In this document: in pieces, positions 56,538 through 64,000 of the stretch
How positions within the stretch are numbered: position 1 is the stretch's first letter
Layout of the letters: each line of letters begins with the position of its first letter
Virus record (IMG/VR): IMGVR_UViG_3300042886_000261
Span: 1 to 64,000 of that record
Source of the DNA: a virus
DNA length: 64,000 nucleotides
Direction: 5' to 3' (one strand)
Made by a program: the position numbers and the translations under genes
Notes under the pieces: generated by a model
Seen by the model: the letters and a program-made list of their open reading frames with translations, nothing else
The model's database searches: none
What the model was told of the DNA's origin: nothing

Positions 56538-57728
56538 ATGGCAATAAGAACTAAAGACTGCACAAAAGAATATTTAACTAGTGTAGCATTACCAAATCAT
56601 GCAGAGTCATATACTGTTATCTCACATGAATTTATTATTAATCATACCATGGAGCAATTAACTCTCCATGGTTTTACTGTAGAGAAAGAGACATACAGAT
56701 CTAATTCTGATGGCTCTATTGCTCAAGGCATATATTATATTAACTATGATAAAGATCCTGAGATAGGATTAATGTTTGCATGGTCTAATAGTTATAATAA
56801 ACTAATGAGATTTAAGTGTGCAATGGGAGGTTATGTATTTATATGTATGAATGGTATAGTATCCGGAGATATGGGTTCATATGGAAGAAAACATCTTGGA
56901 ACTGCAGACACTGAAACTGTCAAAGCAATCATTGAGCAAATTAGTAATGCAGATATATACTTTGACAGAATTGTAGCTGATAAAGATACAATGAAGAAAA
57001 TTACTATTACTGAAAGAAAACAAGCTGAATTATTGGGTATATTATACGCAGAGTATGAACTTCTTACTAATGAGCAGATAAGTATTGTAAAACAACAAAT
57101 GGATAAACCAAGTTATGACTACAACTGTGAGATAAATTCATTGTGGGCATTCTATAATCATGTTACTTATGCATTGAAAAAATCACATCCTAGAGACTGG
57201 ATGGATGACCAGAGAAAATTTCACTGGTTTGTTGCATTTGAATTTGATTTAGCTAACTTTATTGAAGGTGCTGAATTAGTTCCTGTAGATCAATTAGAGT
57301 TAAACTATGGGCAACCTGAGAATCAGTTAAATATTCTTACTGAAATAGAAAAAGCTGAAGAAGAAGCTGAGTTATTACAAGTTGTTGAAGAAAGAGAAAA
57401 AGCTGAAAGAGATGTTGTATGGTATGAGGATCCAGCAGGTAATACTTTTGAAGCACCTATAGTAGAAACTCAAGTAGAAAGACTATCTTTAGATGATATT
57501 ATTATCAGGATACCAAATGCTGAGAAAAAAGCACTTGAAGCAACACTTGAAGTAGAAGAGGTTAAACCTGCTGAAGCTAAAGAACTTATACAGTTACAAG
57601 AAAAGTTAGATAAAAGAGAAATTGAAGTTATAGCAAAAAATATATTAGATGATGATGATTTTAATTTTGATCTTGATTTTGATGATGCTAATAAAGATGA
57701 CACATTAGGAGGAGAATTCTTCTTATAA
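56538..57728 (+). CDS. DUF932-like protein with long acidic tail
   Basis: NSYNK...G.YVFIC.NG..S...RKH...SLWAFYN.VT. Confidence 0.7.
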   Translation: MAIRTKDCTKEYLTSVALPNHAESYTVISHEFIINHTMEQLTLHGFTVEKETYRSNSDGSIAQGIYYINYDKDPEIGLMFAWSNSYNKLMRFKCAMGGYVFICMNGIVSGDMGSYGRKHLGTADTETVKAIIEQISNADIYFDRIVADKDTMKKITITERKQAELLGILYAEYELLTNEQISIVKQQMDKPSYDYNCEINSLWAFYNHVTYALKKSHPRDWMDDQRKFHWFVAFEFDLANFIEGAELVPVDQLELNYGQPENQLNILTEIEKAEEEAELLQVVEEREKAERDVVWYEDPAGNTFEAPIVETQVERLSLDDIIIRIPNAEKKALEATLEVEEVKPAEAKELIQLQEKLDKREIEVIAKNILDDDDFNFDLDFDDANKDDTLGGEFFL

Positions 57729-57837
57729 AGACACTTGCTCCAAGGGAGTATAGTTAAACAAATATATCAATTAAGGGATGCAGAAATGTGTCCCTTTTTT
57801 AAACTTGATATATTTAAATTAAAAAGATTTAAACTTA

Positions 57838-57872
57838 TAGGAGAGGGCCACAACGGCTCTCTCCTTTTTTTT
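57838..57872. terminator. Terminator at convergence of early and cargo blocks
   Basis: aggagagggcc/ggctctctcct hairpin; second hairpin at 57773-57800. Confidence 0.7.
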
Positions 57873-57873
57873 C

Positions 57874-58008
57874 CTACTTGCCTTGACCTCTATATCCTTT
57901 TTTATAGAGCTTTGATTTCTTAAGCTTAGATGTACCATTCTTAGAGTGTACACCTGGTCTTGATACTTTTGCTGAAGTACCTGCACTTCCTGTTGCTTTA
58001 TTAGCCAT
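57874..58008 (-). CDS. Small highly basic protein (44 aa)
   Basis: Not in track; MANKATGSAGTSAKVSRPGVHSKNGTSKLKKSKLYKKGYRGQGK*. Confidence 0.65.
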   Translation of the reverse strand: MANKATGSAGTSAKVSRPGVHSKNGTSKLKKSKLYKKGYRGQGK

Positions 58009-58015
58009 TGTTAAT

Positions 58016-61000
58016 TTATTTTAATAGTGTAGATTTGAATGATTTAACTGCTGCTTCTGGAGTAAAGTTATATCCAGAGAAACCCATTAGTTTAAGAAAG
58101 TATGCCCAAGATTTATTATCACCTTTATTCCATACACCTTCTTTTCTTTGATAATTTAATTTTTCAGGATCCCATGTTAGGAAAAATTGACTAACAAATT
58201 TTGTCATTCTTTCTACTGTACTAACCATAGCTGATGGAGATTTAACAGTACGGTAAGCATCTTGAGGAGATATATATGCTGCAGTCTCAGATTGCATTCT
58301 AGATAATTCATATAGCATAAAGTTATATGCATATCCTTTTTTCTCATCATCATCATCACCAAATGCATGCATTAATAACATTATAAAAGCAGTTGTTCCA
58401 AATATGATTACTGTTTCAGCCATTACTCTTTTAATTTGTGCTTTTTCAAAAGGAGTATATGTTGACCAGTTCTGCATCATGTTAAGTTTCATTTTAGATA
58501 AATCTTTTAACATTGTATTATAAAAAGTCATATAGTAACCTTCAGTTACAGCACCAAGTTCTTGATCTGCTTTAAGTCTTCCCCATCTTCTTTTATAACC
58601 AGGTAAAAGATGTTTTCTATACATGATAGCTAATCTACCTACTGAATATCTTTGTGCTGTACCTTTATCAAATTCATTATAAACCCCGTGTAATTTTTTA
58701 CTTATTGCATGTATTCTATCTTGTAAATCAAGTTTCTTTTTATTAGTAAAATCTGTATTTTTTTCAATTTCTTCAAGACCATATTTAGTATATGCTTCTA
58801 AAAGAGAAATTGTTTCTCCAGTATTAGTATCAGTAACTTTAGTTGCTTCCATTAATGCAAACATTGCAGATACTTGTATCTCATGCTCACCAAAATGCTG
58901 ATTAAAGAATAGTGTATCAGTTCTCATTAACTTAGCAAATACACTACCTGAAACATTTTTACCATACTGATCCTTATAGTTACCTTGTAATGCATCATAA
59001 TGATTTACAAGATTACCTACTAGTGATTCAGCTGTTGGTTTACCAAAATCAGAAAGAAATGAGGTTAAGTTTTTTGCATAATACAATTTACCTTTTCTTA
59101 AATCTTTTTTGCTAAAAAATTCAGATGAGTTAGCTTCAATAATTAATTGGATATTACCTTGTAAATTATTTGCCATACCTTTAAGTAAATCTGCAGCAAT
59201 ACTTGTTATAGCAGAATAACCTAATGCAAGATTTGTTAATTTACCCATAGAGTAATTCCCAAGTATCTCAGCATTTTGCATTTCATTATATAATTGCATA
59301 TTTATAAATGCATCAACATGTCTTTTAGAATTTGCTTCACCTTGTTTTTTAATATTAGATTTAATTCCAAGTTTATTTGCAAGAGAATCTAATACAGCAA
59401 CACCTTTAGAATTAGTTTCAGCAACTTCTCTATCTCCTATTATAGCTTTAAACATTGATGTTTCTGCTGAGATATTATTTACTGCTTCATATTTATTTGC
59501 CATTTGAGAGTAAAGTTCTACAGATCTTATTAAATCTAAACTTACTTCATCAGCATCCATATCTTGAGTGTAGTATACAGGTATAAACTTTGCACCTTCA
59601 TCAGCTAAATTTGAAAGATTAAAATCAGTTTCATCACCTCTTATAGATGTCACATCTTTAATTTTATCTTTTATAACACTTTTAATACTACTTCTTTCTA
59701 TACTACGTTTATGTATTGATGGTAATATATAACCTCTTTTTTGAGCATCAGGTACCTTTTCTTGAGCATCAAGATATAGATTTAATAAAAATGAATGATA
59801 TTCCCCTTTAGCATTTTTAGGTTTATCATTTTTATCATATAGTGCTTCCCATTTTTTATTAAGATACATATCAGCTGGCTCACTAAATTCTTTCATATAA
59901 ATCTTAGTACCATCTTTTTTAATCTGTAAAACAGATTTATGCCATTTATCATAATCCTCTTGATTCCAAATACCATTATTTACTAATTTATTTTTTTCAA
60001 GCAGAATCTTATCAATTTCCTCATCACTTTTCTTTTGTGCATTTTTAGCATACCAGTCTCTTAATATAGTAGATTTATTTGCTTCAAAATTAGAGTTTGC
60101 TATTATTTCTGCATCAGTTGGATTAGGTCCTAATTTAGTAGCACTATATAATTTATTTTGTGCTTCATTATATTTATTAATATCATATTTTTGTACAAAA
60201 GCCATTCTTTTAGTAATTGTTGGCTCACCATTATTATTTTTACCATGAGATATTAATTCTTCATATAATCCTTCATTAAATTTAGCTGGAGTATCTCTAC
60301 TTTCTGATTGACTATCTTTATATTTTGTAAATTGCTTACCTGCAAGTTTTGCTATATCTATATCTAATTGTCTTGCTCCTTCAAATTCTGTTTTAATAGC
60401 TTTTGCAAATAACCCTAGTGAAGCATCTTCATTAGATATTAATGGGCCAAACCAAAATTCTAAAGCACCTTCATCTCTAGATGCAAATTTTAACAATTCT
60501 TCCATTGACTCTTGAGTCTGTGTAAAAGATTGAAATTTAGCAATTCTTTCTGTTATAGCCTTAATTTTTTTATCATTAGGTTTTGCAGATGTTTTTTCAG
60601 CTTCTAATTTTTTTACTAATTCAACTAATTCTTTATTGATTGCATCATCTATACTTAGTGATTTATAATTAAGTAAAAATGAGGCCATTAAAGGTATACC
60701 TTGTTTTATATATTGTTCTTTAACTGCTTTTCTTATTGAAATTGCATCTGTCAACATTTCTCTTATAGTCTTACCTGTTTTTTCAGAGACTTCTTCTTCT
60801 CCTTCTTTTGCAGTAAAGAAACTATATATGTCAGCTTTAGAGATTTCATCAAGAATATTATAACTATTAGCAAAAGTATTTAAATTAGTAAGTTCAACAA
60901 TTCTATCTTTTTTAAACTTATCTGTACCATCATCTTTTTTATTAATGATAGCTTTCATTAATTTTTCAATTTCTAAAGCTTTATCATAGCTGTCTTTAAC

Positions 61001-61333
61001 AAACATGTTAATAGAATTAATACCTTCTAGATGTCTAAATTCATCAGTTAATTTTTTTTGTCTTTCTTCTTTTGCTGTTTGATTAATTAATTTTTGACCT
61101 TGAAGTATTTTTAATTGTTTTTCTAAATGCACCCAAATTTTATCTACCATAGTAGATATATCATCTTTTTTTACTTCAGAAGTATCAGCTAATTCAACAT
61201 CAGGTATATAATTTAAATCTTTATTTAAATCAAAACCCTGTCTAATCCACTCTTCTTCAGCTCTAGTATCATTACCATTTGCTTCATTAAGTATTTTTAT
61301 ATACTCCTTACTGGTTTTAATTGGGCAATACAT
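58016..61333 (-). CDS. Large putative virion cargo/ejection protein
   Basis: 1105 aa helical, C-terminal hydrophobic helix; large minus-strand genes convergent on replication genes as in crAss-like phages. Confidence 0.6.
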   Translation of the reverse strand: MYCPIKTSKEYIKILNEANGNDTRAEEEWIRQGFDLNKDLNYIPDVELADTSEVKKDDISTMVDKIWVHLEKQLKILQGQKLINQTAKEERQKKLTDEFRHLEGINSINMFVKDSYDKALEIEKLMKAIINKKDDGTDKFKKDRIVELTNLNTFANSYNILDEISKADIYSFFTAKEGEEEVSEKTGKTIREMLTDAISIRKAVKEQYIKQGIPLMASFLLNYKSLSIDDAINKELVELVKKLEAEKTSAKPNDKKIKAITERIAKFQSFTQTQESMEELLKFASRDEGALEFWFGPLISNEDASLGLFAKAIKTEFEGARQLDIDIAKLAGKQFTKYKDSQSESRDTPAKFNEGLYEELISHGKNNNGEPTITKRMAFVQKYDINKYNEAQNKLYSATKLGPNPTDAEIIANSNFEANKSTILRDWYAKNAQKKSDEEIDKILLEKNKLVNNGIWNQEDYDKWHKSVLQIKKDGTKIYMKEFSEPADMYLNKKWEALYDKNDKPKNAKGEYHSFLLNLYLDAQEKVPDAQKRGYILPSIHKRSIERSSIKSVIKDKIKDVTSIRGDETDFNLSNLADEGAKFIPVYYTQDMDADEVSLDLIRSVELYSQMANKYEAVNNISAETSMFKAIIGDREVAETNSKGVAVLDSLANKLGIKSNIKKQGEANSKRHVDAFINMQLYNEMQNAEILGNYSMGKLTNLALGYSAITSIAADLLKGMANNLQGNIQLIIEANSSEFFSKKDLRKGKLYYAKNLTSFLSDFGKPTAESLVGNLVNHYDALQGNYKDQYGKNVSGSVFAKLMRTDTLFFNQHFGEHEIQVSAMFALMEATKVTDTNTGETISLLEAYTKYGLEEIEKNTDFTNKKKLDLQDRIHAISKKLHGVYNEFDKGTAQRYSVGRLAIMYRKHLLPGYKRRWGRLKADQELGAVTEGYYMTFYNTMLKDLSKMKLNMMQNWSTYTPFEKAQIKRVMAETVIIFGTTAFIMLLMHAFGDDDDEKKGYAYNFMLYELSRMQSETAAYISPQDAYRTVKSPSAMVSTVERMTKFVSQFFLTWDPEKLNYQRKEGVWNKGDNKSWAYFLKLMGFSGYNFTPEAAVKSFKSTLLK

Positions 61334-61351
61334 ATTGTTTAGAATTTTTAA

Positions 61352-62137
61352 TTAACACAAATTTTTAAGTACTTTAACCATTATTTTGACTAACTGAGAT
61401 TCAGTAGTAATTACTTCTAATTCATCAAATATATCATTAATGTCAATACCTTTATAAGCAAGTTGTTCTTCTGTAAATAGATTTAACATAGTATCATTTA
61501 CAAAAGAATTATATGCTTTTTGATCATATGGCTTTAAAGATACTGGTTCTTTTACTAATTCCATGGTATCCAGATTAATATTTTTTAATAATATTATTTT
61601 ACCTGATAGATCTGTTATATCATATGTACCAGTAATATTATTTAAAATAGCTTTTGAGCCACCAATTATAACTGATCTTGGTTTTTTACCAGTTTTTTCA
61701 AGTTCTTTTTTATACTCAGTTTGAATTGGATATTCTTCCTCAACCTCTACAATATCTTCTACTTCTGGTATAAAGATATCTTCCTTGTTTTCTTGATCAA
61801 ATAAAGCTTCATCATCATTATAAAAACTAGTATCTTTTTCATCAAAATCTTTTTCATCAAAATCTCTTTCACCAGACATTATTGCTAGTTCTTCTTCTAT
61901 ATCTAATTGAGCATCATATTTCTCATCAACAACACTATCAAGAACTTTTTCAGAGATATTTATTATAACTCTATCTTTATCAATAGTACTTTTACTAGCT
62001 AAATTAGAATACTTATCATTAATATCTTTTATGATTCTTTTAGCATTAAAATCACTATGGGTAGTATTTCTATACCCACCTAATTTGTCATCAATTTCCT
62101 TATTTAAATCTTCTTTAATTTGTATTTTACAAGCCAT
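61352..62137 (-). CDS. Hypothetical acidic protein (cargo block)
   Basis: 261 aa, starts MAC, ends C. Confidence 0.6.
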   Translation of the reverse strand: MACKIQIKEDLNKEIDDKLGGYRNTTHSDFNAKRIIKDINDKYSNLASKSTIDKDRVIINISEKVLDSVVDEKYDAQLDIEEELAIMSGERDFDEKDFDEKDTSFYNDDEALFDQENKEDIFIPEVEDIVEVEEEYPIQTEYKKELEKTGKKPRSVIIGGSKAILNNITGTYDITDLSGKIILLKNINLDTMELVKEPVSLKPYDQKAYNSFVNDTMLNLFTEEQLAYKGIDINDIFDELEVITTESQLVKIMVKVLKNLC

Positions 62138-62147
62138 GATATTATTA

Positions 62148-64000
62148 TTAACAAGATTTTTTATAAAGTGAAGCTGCTTCTAATATTCTTTTTTTAGTTA
62201 AAGGATCAGATACTGTTTCTTTAGCTAAGTTAGTTGTTCCTGAACCTAATATAGTATTATCTGAAAGTACATAGTAATTAAATTTAGTAGCTGGATCAGT
62301 AGACACTCTTAATGTACCATCTTGTAATTCTTTTCTAATATACACTTTATTTTTAATAGTTTGCTCAGTTAATTCTTTACCATTACCAAAATATATTTTA
62401 CCATCTGGTTTAATTGTAAAAGTATATTGATCTACTTTTATATTTCTTTCTTCTGGTTCAGATTTTTTAACTATAACTTCTCCAGTTTGTCCATCAGGAA
62501 CTTCTTCTTGTAGTTGTTTTACTATTGGTGCAACATTAGAAACATCAGATGCTTTATTAGTATAAACATAATCCATTTTAGATGTTCTACTTAAACCAAC
62601 ATATCTTAACATATTTCTTTCATTACCGTATGGTTTACCATTATAACTAATAATTTTATTATTAGCTGGGTTATCCATATTTTCATAATCTACAAATACA
62701 TTATCATATGTAGAACCTTGAGCTTTATGTGCTGTTACAGCATAACCATAATCAATATTTTTACTAAAAAATGCTTTAATATTTAATTTTTCATATTGTG
62801 ATGTACCATCTGCTTCTATTTTAAATAACTCAGGTCTTTCTTTTTTAAGAATTGACATTGTAGTAGGCTCATTTTCAAATAATAGTACATCATCTGGGAA
62901 TTGATATTTACTAAATAATGCATCTAATTCTGAACTAGCTTTAGCTCTAAATTTCCAAGCAATAGTATTATTATTAATAGCTTTTTTTACATCTAAAAAT
63001 TGCATTAATATATTTAAATTATTAGAATCACGTGGATTTATAATAAAAACTTTTTGAGGTTTTAATAATTGAGGACTGTGTGTTTTTATTAACTCAGTAT
63101 CACTTTCATTAAAAACTCTTTTAACTTCTATATTCCATCCAGAAAGTTTTCCTTTAATAATATGTGTTGTATTTAAAATACGCTCATTATATAATGAAAC
63201 TTCTTTTGATTCTTGATACTCATTACTTATTACAGTATAATCTTGTCCATTATTAATTATACTATCAGCACTTGATTGCTCATATCCCATAAGAGTTGAT
63301 CCTACACCATATGATTCATCAATATTCATACTTGAAAAAATTTGTTGATTATAAAGAGCAACAGATATATTTGAGTATGTAATTATTTTAGCATATGCTG
63401 GATCTTTTTTATACTCTTCTGAAGTAAAAGCATCAAACATTTTATTTTTAAATTCAGTTTTATCTTTTATAAAGTTAACACCTTCACCTTCACTATTTAT
63501 TTCTGTATCAAAATTAAAATTTTCATTTATGTCTAACATATTATTTCTAACACCAGTAATAATTTTTAAAACAGGGTTATCTTCTTTTTGTCTCATGATT
63601 TCTGTTAACTCATATCCTTCATTATCTTTAGTGTATGTTAATGCTGGACTTAATGAACTATTTCCTACAGGAGGTAACTGAGCAGGATCACCCATGAATA
63701 TTACTGTAGTGTTTTCATCTTGTGCTAAATCATAAATATCTTTATAATCAGAATTATCAATCATAGATGACTCATCTATTATTAAAATTCCATTACTTGG
63801 TACTGCATGATTAGGGCCTGGTTGAAAAACACCATTAATTTTACGTTTATTTAAAAGTTTAGCAGTTGTTATAGGTTTTTTAGTAACACCTCCTCTAATT
63901 AATTGTACTAATAAATTTATAGATGCTTTATGTGTAGGAGCTGCATATACTATTTCTTTCATACCTCTATGTTTAGTATTTACATAAAGTTGAATAAATT
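62148..64000 (-). CDS. Protein with SF1B (Dda/RecD-like) helicase domain; 5'-truncated by window
   Basis: APTHKA, IIDESSM, GDPAQLPPV, LTEIMRQ, YAVTAHKAQGSTY, YVGLSR; frame is open to the window edge and Walker A is absent from the window. Confidence 0.85.
   Translation of the reverse strand, partial: FIQLYVNTKHRGMKEIVYAAPTHKASINLLVQLIRGGVTKKPITTAKLLNKRKINGVFQPGPNHAVPSNGILIIDESSMIDNSDYKDIYDLAQDENTTVIFMGDPAQLPPVGNSSLSPALTYTKDNEGYELTEIMRQKEDNPVLKIITGVRNNMLDINENFNFDTEINSEGEGVNFIKDKTEFKNKMFDAFTSEEYKKDPAYAKIITYSNISVALYNQQIFSSMNIDESYGVGSTLMGYEQSSADSIINNGQDYTVISNEYQESKEVSLYNERILNTTHIIKGKLSGWNIEVKRVFNESDTELIKTHSPQLLKPQKVFIINPRDSNNLNILMQFLDVKKAINNNTIAWKFRAKASSELDALFSKYQFPDDVLLFENEPTTMSILKKERPELFKIEADGTSQYEKLNIKAFFSKNIDYGYAVTAHKAQGSTYDNVFVDYENMDNPANNKIISYNGKPYGNERNMLRYVGLSRTSKMDYVYTNKASDVSNVAPIVKQLQEEVPDGQTGEVIVKKSEPEERNIKVDQYTFTIKPDGKIYFGNGKELTEQTIKNKVYIRKELQDGTLRVSTDPATKFNYYVLSDNTILGSGTTNLAKETVSDPLTKKRILEAASLYKKSC

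Noticed and set aside
572-57923. Short antisense or overlapping ORFs in the track (e.g. 572, 2886, 5769, 8153, 13364, 33115, 39643, 49289, 57470, 57735)
   Set aside because: Shadow frames of well-supported genes or of terminators.
1-64000. Stop-codon reassignment as in some crAss-like phages
   Set aside because: Long genes are intact under code 11 and TAG/TGA end genes at tight junctions.

Overview
A 64-kb segment of an AT-rich, CpG-depleted crAss-like (Crassvirales-type) lytic phage. The host is most likely a Bacteroidota/Flavobacteriia member, inferred from TAnnTTTG promoters and A-rich, SD-less leaders. The standard genetic code is used. Minus strand 1-24.8 kb is the late block: partial major capsid protein, scaffold-like gene, portal, TerL, nuclease, HU/IHF-like protein, a lysis cluster, tail fibre/spike genes and GroES. 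Plus strand 25.2-57.7 kb is the early/middle block: many small ORFs, SSB-like proteins, SF2 helicase, ClpS, UNG, DnaB, AAA ATPase, primase, GIY-YIG nuclease, a VWA-metallopeptidase/MoxR pair, exonuclease, family B DNA polymerase and a DUF932-like protein. Minus strand 57.9-64 kb carries large putative virion-cargo proteins, one with a Dda/RecD-like helicase domain that is truncated by the window. The most unusual part is the RNA-rich divergence region at 23.4-28.3 kb. It holds (i) a set of ORF-less promoter-to-terminator small-RNA genes sharing a GGUAAG-hairpin 3' end, one complementary to the leader of an SSB-like early gene; (ii) three triloop DNA-hairpin repeats resembling N4-type virion-RNAP promoters; and (iii) a twister-like ribozyme with a large P5 insert heading about 540 nt of densely structured non-coding RNA. 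All calls come from reading the sequence by eye; no database searches or folding programs were run.
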